The translations under genes were made by a program, and so were the position numbers. The notes below the pieces were generated by a model, which was given only the letters and a program-made list of their open reading frames with translations, searched no databases and was not told the origin of the DNA. Positions 1 through 14,194 of a stretch of DNA of 64,000 bases are shown piece after piece. Origin of the DNA: Balamuthia mandrillaris (lineage: Eukaryota); assembly GCA_031835245.2 (NCBI GenBank), contig JAVKOQ020000009.1, forward strand, positions 124,001 through 188,000, in the 5' to 3' direction. Position 1 is the stretch's first letter, and each line of letters begins with the position of its first letter.

Positions 1-369
1 GCTTCGCTGCAGTTGCTGTTGAGGAGGTGGCGATGGCTGTTGAGAGAGAGGCCGATCCGTGGTGATTGACAAAAGTTCATGCAAATACGAAAGCGAGCTG
101 GAGCGACGTCGTTTCGCGTTGCTGTAGCTGCTTTCTGCTTCTCCTTCTGCTTCCTCTTGACTCTGTTCTCCTTCTGCCTCTCCTTTGACTTCAACTGGGG
201 GTGTTTCAGCTTTGATGGAGGAGCGGCCCTGCGTCGAAGCCAACGGGGAGGAGAGGGTATTGCGATCGTAGCGACGCTGAGCAAGCAGGAAAGCAGAAGA
301 GGGAGGGGGAAGGAGAAGAGCCGACCCTGTGCGTTCGTTATGGAAGGAGGTCCTTCTTAGCTCCTTCAT
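1..369 (-). CDS. Possible 5' part of a gene running off the window's left edge; product unknown
   Basis: ATG at 369 after an A-rich leader. Minus-strand frames stay open to position 1; one gives an E/S/Q/P-rich stretch (AETPPVEVKGEAEGEQSQEE...QQPSPPPQQQLQRS). Frame and splicing are ambiguous. Confidence 0.25.
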   Translation of the reverse strand, partial: MKELRRTSFHNERTGSALLLPPPSSAFLLAQRRYDRNTLSSPLASTQGRSSIKAETPPVEVKGEAEGEQSQEEAEGEAESSYSNAKRRRSSSLSYLHELLSITTDRPLSQQPSPPPQQQLQRS

Positions 370-1441
370 ATTTTTTTGTTTTGGTTTCTATGCTGCGTTT
401 CGCTACCCCCCCTCAAACACCACATAAACAACAACGCAAAGATGGAGCGGATCGATCAAACAAAGTAGTGTGCAGCGGTCGTTAGAGAAATCGAATCCAA
501 TGGACTGCTTGTTATTTATTATTTTTTTTTTTAATTTTATTTCAAAGAGAGGTTTGTTAGGGGGGGTAAGGTCTAGAGAAAGCAATGGGGTTGCTCGAAC
601 GTACCCTTTTTTATTCAATCGGTTGTGCTCTGCTTCGTCTTTCTCTTTCTTCTTCTTCTTTGGTGTACGTTTTATTACAACCGAAAAATTTCCAGACGGT
701 TTTTGCTCCTCTTCGGGTCGCAGGGTCGGATGATGACATCAGCCCGTCCGCCCCGAACAAGCTTGGCTCCTGGATGACGTCACCTCCTTTTTGCGATTCC
801 GTTAGGCCACCTTTCCGTCCCCGCTTTGGCCGATATTATTTCATCGCGAGCAAGAAGACAGAGAGAGAACCCATAACTCAAAAAGCTGAACGACTCGCTG
901 TAGTTCAAAGGGAGGAAGGAGGGGCATGCCCCGGACTAGCCTGGTGCACGCAAACATTAGCTTGGCTTACCTCTTCCTCTTACATAAAAGGAGCTTTTGC
1001 TGGCAATGACTTATCATTTCAGCAATCCAAGTCGATGATGGTGAAAATCCATTCCAGGCTTTTCAATTTTTTTGTTTACAGAAGAAGTAAAGAGTATAGA
1101 GAGAGAGAGAAGAGAGAGAGAAGGGAGAAAAGTTACTCCTTTTTTTTTTTGTTTAATAACATCACCTCTCCCATAAATGAAACGTGAAGGCAGGGACACC
1201 CTTTTTCAAATACCACAGAATGCAGAGTGAATTCGGTCAGCCTGGTGCGGCAACCGTAGCCGACCCGTCTTGAAGAAGCCAAGGCACTTTATTCCAAAAG
1301 TTCGGGTGGATGGTGGTGAAAACCCACCCCAGGCTTTTTTTAAATCTCTCTCCTTTCGTTCTTCTTTTGTTTATTTTATTTATTTATTTCTTATTTTTTT
1401 TTTATTATTTGTATTTCGACTATTACCATAATAGGATCGTT

Positions 1442-1546
1442 TCCTAACATAATATGTTTACATTTTTAATGATGTAACAGTTAATTATGAATCCTCTCCT
1501 AACATAATATGTTTACATTTTTAATGATGTAACAGTTAATTATGAA
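1442..1546. repeat. Two exact 50-bp direct repeats (period 55), each an imperfect palindrome
   Basis: TCCTAACATAATATGTTTACATTTTTAATGATGTAACAGTTAATTATGAA at 1442-1491 and 1497-1546. Confidence 0.95.
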
Positions 1547-1664
1547 ACTCCTATTATCTAACCAAGAAGACTAGGAATACCTATCAACGTAATAGGGTAA
1601 TAGAAAAAGAAAAATTTATAAAAAAAAAGAAAAAGAAAAAAAAAAGAAAAAAGAAAAAGAAAAA

Positions 1665-3212
1665 ATGGCGAATTATTTCAAGTGGACTGGTTACTTATTA
1701 GCACCGCTATCGCTGGCCGTTCTTCTGGCCGCGCTGCTCACCTCCCCTGACTCGGGCTCACCCGACATGAAGAACCGAGGCCCTCTGGAAACCTCTCTTC
1801 TCGCTCACCTCCAGGAGGAGGTCCCTCGGACGGCTTCTCTGCTTTCCTCCTCGGCTTCTTCCTCCTCCTCGTCTCCCACGCAAAAGTATGCCTTTGGAAG
1901 GTACACGAGGCCCATTCCTGAGCCGGACGTGGAGGCCAGCGCGCCCCTCCTCGGCGAACGTTTCGGCTGGCTGAGGCTGAAACGCTGGCATTACACCTCC
2001 CTCTCCAACGAACGTTTCTTTGTGGGTCTCGCTGTTGCTAGTCTTGGCTTTGCTGGTTTGTTTTTCTTTCTTCTTCTTTTTTTCACTTTCTTTTCTTTTC
2101 TTTTCTTTTCTTTTCTTTTCTTTTCTTTTCTTTTCTTTTCTTTTCTTTTCTTTTCTTTTCTTTTCTTTTCTTTTCTTTTCTTTTCTTTTCTTTTCTTTTC
2201 TTGTCTTTCTTTTATTTATTTTTATTTCATTTTTTATTTTTTATTTTTTATTTTTTATTTTTATTTTTATTTTTTTTAACAAAAAGAGAACGTGTGGGCC
2301 TACGTGGTGGACAAACAAAACCCAACCGAGATCTACTCCTACGAGAGGACCTTTATCATGGGGAACAACATCCGGCAGTTCAGCGGCAGCAGCTGCACCG
2401 GCCAAACGCACTTTCTGGAGCGCTCCAACGAGGCGGAGGAGATCCTCATCGACTACTCTCCTGACCACTTTCTGCTTCGCCTCAATCTTACCACCGCCTC
2501 AAGCTCCTCAGACAACAACAACAAACGAAGGTTGGAAGGCAAGGTAAAAGTGGAGTACAATGCGCAGAGCTTGGGGCTGCTCTTCCCGCTGGACGATCCG
2601 GTCGGGCAACAAGCGGCCTACACCCACAAAGATGCTGCCATGAGGGTTTCCTCTTCCGCCTCTTCTTTGTTTTGGGGTGAGGAGGAGCTTCTTTCATCTG
2701 CTGGCAAAGAGAAAGATAAGGAGAATGAAGGAGACGAAGGAGACGAAGGAGAAGGATGGGTGGCAACGTTGGATTGGACTCGTTCGTGGGCCAAACGATT
2801 CACTCAATGGAGATGGGCCAGCCTTGCCTTCGTGCACGAAGATAAGCAAAGCAAGAAAAGGAGAAGAATCGGATTGAACTTTTCGGCTCTGGTTTATGGA
2901 GATAAGGAGAACGTACTTTGGGTCGACGGCAAAATGTATCCTGTTGGCAACGTCCTCTTCCAACTGCCTTCGTCCTCCAACAAAGAAGAATGGAGAGTGG
3001 CGAGTGAAGATGGAAAGGTAGAGCTGTATTTCCAGCCGATGGTTCCTCGAATGGAGAAGATGAACGCTCTTTTGGTTCGAAACGACTTTGAGCAGTGGTG
3101 CGGTCTTTATCGAGGGAGAATCGAGCTTCCTTCTTCTGGTGAAGAGGAGAAGGAAGTCGTTGAGTTTGAAAATGTTTTGGGCGTTGCTGAAGATCATGCT
3201 GCTCTTTGGTAA
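1665..3212 (+). CDS. DUF2804-family protein with N-terminal signal/anchor, 2 exons (intron 2056-2286)
   Basis: The splice G|GTTTG...AAAAAG|AG joins the ORFs in frame. Motifs KRWHYTSL, YTHKDAAM, ATLDWTRSW..TQWRWAS, GLNFSA, ENVLWVDGK, ELYFQP, FEQWCGLYRG and LGVAEDHAALW resemble the mostly bacterial DUF2804 family. Confidence 0.75.
2087..2202. repeat. (TTTTC)n microsatellite inside intron
   Basis: Direct reading. Confidence 0.95.
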
Positions 3213-3365
3213 GACAGGAAATGAAGATAGTTCGCTTTGTACTATTTCTCTTTTCTCTCTCTCTCTCTCTCTCTCATGAATAGAAGAAAAGAAGACAAAG
3301 AAGGAGAAGTTGAAAGAAGGAGAAGAAGTAGATAGAAGAAGAAGAACCAGAAGAAAAGGAGCTGT

Positions 3366-5629
<2,264 letters not shown>

Positions 5630-5787
5630 CTTTTCTTCTCTCTTTTTTTTTCTTTGGATATTTAAGGACGCTAGTCATGACGACACGATTATTGACAATG
5701 TAAATTAAGGTGAATAATGTCGACAGAATGTTTGATATTCTATTGGAGGAATGATGATGATGATGGAGAGGAGATCGTGTTGGAGGA

Positions 5788-7926
5788 TCAGAGGAAGCGA
5801 AGAGCGCAAGCAGGGCTGCAGAAGAAGAAGCAGATTTTGCCGTAGGACAAGTCTTTGTCCAAGGCCTCTTCGTCCTCGTTGGAGCAAAAAGCGGATAGGT
5901 CCTCCGTATCTTTCTTGCGTGCCTCTGATTCTTCTTCTTCCGTCTCCTTTTCCTGCTTCCGTGACCCCGCTGTCTCTCCCGATTCCATTGCCGCCTTGTT
6001 TCCTCCTTTTTGTCGTCTCTCTCTTTCTTCTTCGCCATCTTCTCCTTCCTCATCTCCTTCTTCTTTGTTGGCTTTACAAAGTTCTTTCAACCAAAAGTGT
6101 CTGCAAACAGCGCCTCTGCCAAAGACGATCGTCGAGCAGTTGTAGCTTTGGCACTTGGAAAAGCCGTACATCAACTTCTCCTGAACTTCCAATGGCAGCT
6201 GCTTCATCTGTTGCATTCTTTGAGTTCTTAATTCTTTCGCTGTTGTCGATTGTTGATGAAGATGATTTTGAAGTTGGTGTTGTTGTTGTTGCTGGTGATG
6301 ATGGTGTTGGTGGTGAATTGAGGATGATGGAAGAGGAGGAGGGGGTTCGCCATTTTCTTTCTCTTTCTCCGTCTTTGTTTCTTCATTTATCCCAACTGTG
6401 GCCGAAGAAGAAGAAAGAGAGGAGGTAGAGGAGGTAGAGGAGGAAGAAGGTAAAGATAACTGACGCAGTTCCCAAAGCTCTTCTACGTTCATGGTTGGAG
6501 AGGAGGAGGGAGAGGAACGCAAGGACTTGTAAAAGTTGCTGCAACAAAGGTCGTAGAGAGAAGGCACCACAAACTCCATCCTCACCTCTGAGAAGCTTTC
6601 CTGTAGTTTGGACTTGATGCCCAAGTATGCATCTCTGTGACCAGACAGCATCGCTGCTTTCCATAAAACTGCCGCCATGAAGTCATCTTTTTCCACTCCT
6701 GTTTTATTTGTGTAAGTTATTCCGCAACGAAGCTTGCACCACAAACGAAACAACCGGGAGAACAATAAAACTAACCATAGCCTTTTGCAAATAACATGCC
6801 AAGGCGGTATTGAGCGCGTTTGTAACCCTGAGCGGCAGCTTTTTTGTACAGTTCGACCGCTTTCTCGAGGTCCCGCTCCACGCCAGCTCCCATCATATAA
6901 ATCTTTCCTAATGTATACTGTGCCATCGCATGTCCTATAACGGTAAGAAGCACAAGAAGAAAGAATCAATACATAATATGAATGGAAGAGAGGAAGAGAA
7001 AGAAAGGGAATGAGACCTTGTTCGGTGGCTTTAGCGTAAAGCTCTGCAGCTTTGGCAAGGTCCACCTCCGTTCCAAAGCCATTTCGATAGCATACTCCCA
7101 AGTTATACTGAGCCCCTACGTAGCCCAGCTCTGCTGCTTGCTTGAACTGTAAAAACAACAACAAAGTAAGAAATAAGAAAAGCTAAGCGAAGGAAAGAAT
7201 CAAGAGCCAGAAAAAAACGCGTCAAACAGAGCTTAGAGAGAAGCAGAGAGAGAGAGAGAGTTCTTTTACCAGTTGCAACGCTTTCTGCACATTTTTTCCG
7301 CCCTCACACCCCTTTCCACTCATATAACACTTGCCCAAGGAGTACAACGCCACGTCCAACCCCGCATCTGCCGCTCGCTGGTACCACCTCACACTCTCCG
7401 CGAGGTTCTTCCTCACGCCCACGCCGTTCCTGTAGCACCCGCCAAGGTTGTACATGGCCATGCAGTGGCCCTGCTCGGCGGCGCGCTTGAGGAGGGCAGC
7501 GCCTTGGGTGTCGTCCCGCATGACCCCTTTGCCCGTCAGGTAGAACATGCCCAAGTTGCGGAGTGCGGTGGCGTCCTCTCGCTCGTTTATGTACTTGGCA
7601 TAGAGGCTTTTTTTTTGTTTTGTTTTGGTCAGAACAGAACAGAACAGAACAGAACAGAACAGAACAGAACAGAACAGAACAGAACAGAACAGAACAGAAC
7701 AGAACAGAACAGAACAGAACAGAACAGAACAGAACAGAACAGAAACAGAACAGAACAGAACAGAACAGAGAACAGAACAGAACAGAACAGAACAGAACAG
7801 AACAGAACAGAACAGAACAGAACAGAACAGAACAGAACAGAGAGAGACAGAGAGAGAGACAGAGAGAGAGACAGAGACAGAGACAGAGACAGAGACAGAG
7901 ACAGAGACAGAGACAGAGACAGAGAC

Positions 7927-7979
<53 letters not shown>

Positions 7980-8598
7980 CAGAGACAGAGACAGAGACAG
8001 AGACAGAGACAGAGACAGAGACAGAGACAGAGACAGAGACAGAGACAGAGACAGAGACAGAGACAGAGACAGAGACAGAGACAGAGACAGAACAGGAGAA
8101 GCAAAGACAACAAAGGAAGGTAAAAAAAAGAAAGAAATCCTACCCAGCTGCTCGAGAAAAGTCCAAACGAACGTCCTCTCCGCTGCCGCTATCTCCCGTC
8201 CTCACGATGCAGCTGAGGTCCCACCGTGCGGCCTCGTGGCCCAACGCAGCGGCCCGTTGAAGCAAGGCCAGGCCCTTGGCGCCGTCCTTAGTGGCACCGC
8301 CTTGCTTGCTGAAGCGATGCCCCGTGAGCAGGCGCCAGCCTTGCAGGTAGAGCAGCTCCGCCTCGGTGAGGGGTAATATGGTGGTGGTGTTGGTTGAAGG
8401 AGACGAAGAGGAAGAAGAGGAAGAAGGAGGAGGAGGAGGAGGGGAAGAAGGCTCGACTCTTCGTTTCTTTGAGGGACAGGGATTGCATTCACAAGAAGAA
8501 GGAGATCGAGAATCCGAAGAAGTGTTAGTGGGTTCAGCTGTACTGTTGTTTCTGTGCGTGTTCACGTTGGTAGGGGCATTGTGGTTTGGGTGTTGCAT
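5788..8598 (-). CDS. Sel1-like repeat (SLR) protein with C-terminal SOCS/BC-box-like and Cys-rich region, multi-exon
   Basis: Repeated SLR units (AMYNLGGCYRNGVGVRKNLAESVRWYQRAA; AQYNLGVCYRNGFGTEVDLAKAAELYAKA; AQYTLGKIYMMGAGVERDLEKAVELYKKAA). C-terminus has VPSLYDLCC...LPLEVQEKL...KCQSYNC...FCSPAC. Confidence 0.85.
7629..8094. repeat. Compound microsatellite (AGAAC)n + (AGAGAC)n/(AG)n inside Sel1 intron
   Basis: Direct reading; about 460 bp. Confidence 0.95.
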
Positions 8599-9054
8599 GG
8601 GTGGTGCCAGTCACAAAGTAGAAGTTTCTCTCTCTTCTCTCTTCTCTCCTCTCTCTCCTCTCTTCTCTCTCTCTTCTTTCTTTTTCTCAATTTGTGCCGA
8701 CTAATTTCTTGTAGACATCACTTTTAACGTCGACACGAGTAGCAAAGATGATAAACGCTTCATTACCAATCGTGTCCACACAAACCAAAGCGTAAATGCA
8801 AGGCGAACGCAATGGACAAAGAGGTATCGAAGATCGGTCAGCTCATGAACAGCCTAGGTGTCGTCGGGTAATAGAAACAATCAAACAGAAAATATCATTC
8901 AACAATTTAACGGACATCGAAAAGAAAGAAAAAGAAAGAAACACAGAAGGCGAAACAAAAAACCCTTCGTCCCCTATTTTATTTATTTGTTGCCCTCCGG
9001 CCGCTGCTCTTCTTTGCCTATTTATTAGCACATCCCTAACGTTTTTCCACCATC

Positions 9055-9886
9055 ATGGCAAAAAAGCTGAACGTTTTGGAATGGGTGTTCCGCATTCTCC
9101 TCATCATCATTTGCATCTGCGTAATCGTACGTTGTTCTTTCGATACTTCCCACGGACTCGTTTTTTTCTCGGGGACACAAAAAATTTCAAGTGAGTTTCT
9201 TTTCTTACTCTATTTTTTTTTTGGTTTTGGTTTTGGACATCTTCGACAGTTGCTCTCCATTCCTTACTGGATTTATTTGTCTGAAACCGATGAAGCCGGC
9301 TCCATTGCAACTTATGTGATCAGGTGAGTTAACCCTATTTCTGCCTTTCTTTTTTTTTCTCTCTCTTTGCGATGAAGGAGTTGACCTTTTTCTCTTTTTT
9401 GCGATCAAGCGCCATGTTGCTTTACATAGTGGGTGGCTTGGGTATTGCTGTTGGCATATTCCTGCCTTTTAAGATGTTGAAGTCTGTATCCTTTTTTTCC
9501 TACACCACGCCTCGTTCTTCTCCTTTTCTCCTTCTTCTTGCTTCCTGAGTGTGCTTCTTCCTCTCCTTCTTCTTCTTCTTTCTTCTTTCTTCTTCCTTCT
9601 TTCTTCTTCCTTCTTCCTTCTTCCTTCTTCCTTCTTCCTTCTTCCTTCTCCTTCTCCTACTCCTTCTCCTGCTAGTCTTCTTCCTTGACTGTACAACTCA
9701 AAGTACACAATGCTCTGTGCGGTGATGACGGTGCTCTCTATCGTACAAATTATCATCGTGGCTGTTTCCATCAGCGACTGCGATGGTGACAACAGCTACA
9801 TTGCCATCTATTGCAATAGAGATGTGGCAGACGGATGGTTCTGGTTCACCACCATTTCTCTATGCGCGTGTGCTGTATGTCTTTCC

Positions 9887-9937
<51 letters not shown>

Positions 9938-10134
9938 TTTCACCCTACGCGCTCTTCTTACATTCGCTTCGTTGTTCGTTCAAAGTTTTGTGCCCTTATT
10001 TGTGACATTGTCCTTTGGATTGTGGTCAAAAAGAAGAAGGATGATCCAGGTACGCTTTTTGTCATGTTAGGCTTCTGCCAGCATTCTAACGTTTCTCTCT
10101 CTCTCTCTCTCTCTCTGCAGACAACTACTACTAA
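9055..10134 (+). CDS. Small multipass (about 4 TM) membrane protein, multi-exon, family uncertain
   Basis: Hydrophobic exons MAKKLNVLEWVFRILLIIICICVIVR, AMLLYIVGGLGIAVGIFLPF, TMLCAVMTVLSIVQIIIVAVS, FCALICDIVLWIVVKKKKDDP. Last exon ends DNYY* after a CAG acceptor. Confidence 0.65.
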
Positions 10135-10374
10135 GTTTGCGACGTGGTGAAGGATGGATTGTCGAACTGTGGGTTCTTTTCTTTTTTTTTTTTTGAGAAA
10201 GTTTTGTTTGTAATCTTCTTTCCATTAAACTTTATTTACTCCCAAAAAAAAAGACCATTCTCTCTCTCTCTCTCTCTCTCTTTTTCTCTCTCTCTCTCTC
10301 TCTTACTCTCTTCTCTCTTACTCTCTCCTCTCCCCTTCTGCTGCCAATGCACAACGAAAACCGAATGTGTCGAC

Positions 10375-11640
10375 ATGAATAGCACAGAGAGAATGGAGAC
10401 AGAAGAACGGACATGCTTGGTTCTTCCGCTGGAGATGTGGAGCAACGTGCTCTCCTTTCTTTCCAAGCAACAACTTTTGCTCGTTTCATTGGTGTGCAAG
10501 GAATGGCGGGACTTGGTGTTCACCCTGGATAGCTTACGCAACATAACCGTCCCGCAGCGCTGCGACTCTGAGGAGCGGCTGCGGTTCTTGCTGCCCTTGC
10601 TCTCCGAACGCTTTCCTCTGCTCACTCGTTTGGATATGAACGGCTGCACTCAGCTCACGGACGAACTGGCCAGCCATCTCGCCCACCTGCCCTATCTCAA
10701 AGAGCTACGCCTGGGCAACAGCCCTCAGCTCTCCTCCAAGGCCACCACCTACCTCCCCACCGGTCTTCGCTCCCTTCACATCCACTCCTGTCGCGGCATT
10801 ACCGACTTTCCTCACGCCTTGCCCTCCTCCCTTCTCTCCTTGTCCCTCCACCATATGAAACAATTGACAGGGACGGAGCTGCACAGCCCCAATGTGCCCT
10901 CCACTCTCACCTCCCTAGACCTCACTTCCTGCTGGAACATGGGCGGGGCGGAGCTGCAAGCCCTCCTGCCTATTCACTTCCCGCAGCTTCGCAGCCTGGT
11001 CCTTCGGGGTTGCAAGCGGATCACCAATGATACCCTGCGGGGGTGTGCCTCCTTGACTGCCCTCACAGCCCTCGACCTAGGAGACAGCTGTAGGGAGCTG
11101 AACGAAGAAGGCCTCCAACACTTGCCCTCCTCCTTACTGGTCCTCAAGTTCAAAGGGTGCCGGCTCATCACGGATGAGGCCTTGACCTTCCTGCCTCGTG
11201 GCTTGCATACCCTCAGCATGCCCTACTGCCGGTTCATCACGGACGAGGGCATCAAGAACCTGCCTTCAGAGCGCTTGAGGGACCTGGACATCAGCTTCTG
11301 CTACCACCTTCATGACGCGGCCATCAGGGACCTGCCCAGAGGGATCAAGGTCTTGAACCTGACGGGCCTGGAGAACATCTCCAACGAGGCAATCGGCAGC
11401 CTGCCCTCCGGCTTGCAGAGACTCAGCCTTAGGGAGTGCTACTCCATCACGGACGAGGGCATTGCTTTGCTGCCGCAGGAGATCCGCGTGCTGGATCTTT
11501 CCCACAGCAAGGTCACCTTTCGGGGGCTGGTCTCGTTGCCGCTGTCCCTTCAGTGCTTGACATTGGATGCCTTTTGGAACCCGCTCTCCTCCGGCGAACT
11601 CATGCTCCTGGCGCAACGAATGAAGGTCCGTCTTATTTGA
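10375..11640 (+). CDS. F-box/LRR (FBXL-type) protein, intronless
   Basis: F-box LPLEMWSNVLSFLSKQQLLLVSLVCKEWRDL followed by Cys-containing LRRs (LxxLxLxxCxxITDEGxxxLP). Confidence 0.9.
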   Translation: MNSTERMETEERTCLVLPLEMWSNVLSFLSKQQLLLVSLVCKEWRDLVFTLDSLRNITVPQRCDSEERLRFLLPLLSERFPLLTRLDMNGCTQLTDELASHLAHLPYLKELRLGNSPQLSSKATTYLPTGLRSLHIHSCRGITDFPHALPSSLLSLSLHHMKQLTGTELHSPNVPSTLTSLDLTSCWNMGGAELQALLPIHFPQLRSLVLRGCKRITNDTLRGCASLTALTALDLGDSCRELNEEGLQHLPSSLLVLKFKGCRLITDEALTFLPRGLHTLSMPYCRFITDEGIKNLPSERLRDLDISFCYHLHDAAIRDLPRGIKVLNLTGLENISNEAIGSLPSGLQRLSLRECYSITDEGIALLPQEIRVLDLSHSKVTFRGLVSLPLSLQCLTLDAFWNPLSSGELMLLAQRMKVRLI

Positions 11641-12313
11641 ACGGGGGCCATCGAAAAGGGTGGTTGCAGAAGACAGACCTGCATTTTTCAAATGCCATCA
11701 TACTCCTCATTAGGAAAGACTTTCCTTTTTAGTTTAGCAAATGGAAAACATAATAGGTTGGCAACCCTGGTGGTCGTTACGCGACAACAACGAGGAAACG
11801 GGCCTAGCAACGTGTCGACCTGAAGTCCACCTGCAACAACACGTCGGCACTGCGTCCGCAAGATAAGGGACCCAAACGCATCGCTTCCAGAGGGAGAGAA
11901 GAACTCTGAGTTTCCTCCAAACCGACCGGGCACCGTGCGGTGCAATTCCTCTCTTACCATACACACATGTGCCGTGAGGGGGGTGGTGGAGGTGGTGGTG
12001 TAAAACGTAGCACTTAAAAAGCTGAGCCACACACACCACCCACCCCCTTTTTTTTTTTGACACCTAGTACCTCTTTCTTTGGTGTGTGGTTACCTTCGTC
12101 AAGCCGGTTGCGTTCTTGTCAATAGTTTTACAAAAAAAAAAAAAAACGCGTAGAAGGAAGGATAAAGGCAGTTTGACAGTCTGGCAAAGAGGAGGGAGAA
12201 AAATAACACAAAACGAAAGCGCTCACAAACGTTTCTTCTTTGTCGTCAACACCGTTCAACCTCATCAAGCGCTCGAGCTCCACCCCGAGGAGGGTGAACG
12301 AAAGAAAGAAAGG

Positions 12314-14108
12314 ATGGACGTCCCGCTAAAGATCGGCCACTTGCGGCTACAAGGTACGTAGTGGCGTCTCCACCGCCAACGGAAAACCCTTTTTTTTTCA
12401 TCGTTTTGCTGCCTCCCCTTTTGTGGCTCGCTTTCACCAATTCATTTTGTTTTTCCCCTTTCCATGTCCTTCAACACAGTGGTGGCTGTGCAGGGACTTA
12501 ACATCTCACCAGGTTAGTTGCTCTCTCCCTTCGTCCCTTTCAATCTCGTTCGTTTGCATATGTGCTGACTGCCTTCCGTTATGGAAAAAGACCCAATGAA
12601 TCTCGGAACGTTTTGTTCGGTTATCTTTGAGGGAGAGGAACGCACAACGGATGCTATGGCCCCTGATGGGACGTGGCGAGATGTGTTTGAATTGTTCGTA
12701 CCTCCCACGTGCTCCATCTTCCACGTTACCTCTTTTCTTCGCTTTACTTACATCTCTTCTCTTGTTCTTTATATCTGGCTCTCTCTCTCTCTCTCGCTTT
12801 CACCCTCTCCCTCCTGTTTTTGCCTCTTTCTTACGGTTGCTTCATCAAAGCAACGTGTCAAACTTGAGCGAAGCAGTGACGGTGGTGCTTAAAGAGAGAA
12901 AGGACGAGCCACAACAGCGGCGCAAGCGTGCTTTTCGAGAGATGGAGTACGGTCGCGTGGAACTAAGCATCGCAGAACTTGGCAAACATTCTGGTAGCAC
13001 CACTATCGATGAGTACTTTCCTGTCCTCAAAGACTCGCGGCCCACCGGCGCTTCTGTTCGTTTGTCTCTCACGTTCGTTTCGCTGTCTTTATTCGCTCTA
13101 CCCGTTTCTCTTTCTTTTTTATTTCTTTTGTTCAGCTTCTCATCAAAAATTTCTCATGTTGTTAGCTACAATTACTCAATGACATCAGACCTCATCAGCA
13201 TATTCTCCTCTCAAACTAAAAAGAAGAAGAGCAACAAGCAACCCCTCAAGTTCTCCACGCTGCAGTACAATCTCATGCGGGTGGTGGCCGTTCTTCTTCC
13301 CATCATTCAAACCATCAAGTTCCTCTTTGACTTATTTCGGTGGAAAAATAAGGCAGCCTCTGCCTTTGCTCTTCAACTCTTCCTGATGGCCGTTGTGATG
13401 GACATGGTCGCTCCGCTTCTCTCTCTCTTGCTCGCTGTTCATTTCGTCAGAGCCTACGTGAAGCACTACAAAAAGTCTCAAATGGAGTTTCATGAGGAAG
13501 AAACGGTGGAAATGACCAAAGCAGTTTTGGAGCAGTACATGGCGTGCAGCGATGAGCGAATGCGACAAGAAAAGCTGCAGAAGAAAGGCAAAAAGGGCCT
13601 GCTGCACAAGCTGCAGAACATGCAGCATGTTTTGGGCGTTTTTGCAGACCACTGCGAGCCACTTCTTGAGTGAGTTTCATTCTCGTTCCTTCTCGTTCTT
13701 TTTCTCACCTTTCGTTTTATTTTTGTGTTATTCTCTTCTGCGTTTATTTTTTCTCAACCTTCAATTTGAATGCGTAACAGCATTTGGGAGTTCAAGAATC
13801 CCGTAACGAGTCAACGGGCCATGATGATCTTTGCTGGTTTCACACTTCTATTCTTTTTTGTATCGTTTTCCTTTGTTCTACGCATTTTTACTCTGTTCTA
13901 CGGTACGTTGTGGATTCCTTTTTTGTTATTAATTATGACTCGAAAATTCTTACTAGCATATCTCTTGTTGTTTGTTAGGGTTGTACATGTTTACACTATA
14001 TCCATTGTATCAAAGTTATCCTCGTTTCAAAGCCAAGTATCATCACAAAATATTATTTACTATTGCTGTAAAGCGCATTCAGACCTGGACCCAAGTAACT
14101 TATTTTTC

Positions 14109-14194
<86 letters not shown>

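Noticed and set aside
585..1187. 200-aa plus-strand ORF
   Set aside because: No motifs, runs through low-complexity and promoter-like DNA, and probably overlaps the leader of the minus-strand gene
1261..1341. CGACCCGTCTTGAA (matches a conserved LSU rRNA segment), plus a nearby GGGTGG/CCACCC hairpin and T7, suggesting an rRNA fragment, snoRNA or Pol III RNA
   Set aside because: Only 14 nt match, the flanks are not rRNA-like, and no D box sits next to the antisense stretch; too weak without a covariance-model search
7273..8376. Long ORFs with NRTEQ/RD/ET repeats
   Set aside because: Translations of an intronic microsatellite on the wrong strand or frame
11734..12063. GC-rich intergenic stretch considered as RNase P/MRP, SRP or snRNA
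   Set aside because: No conserved boxes recognised; more likely promoter or UTR of the C2/PH gene
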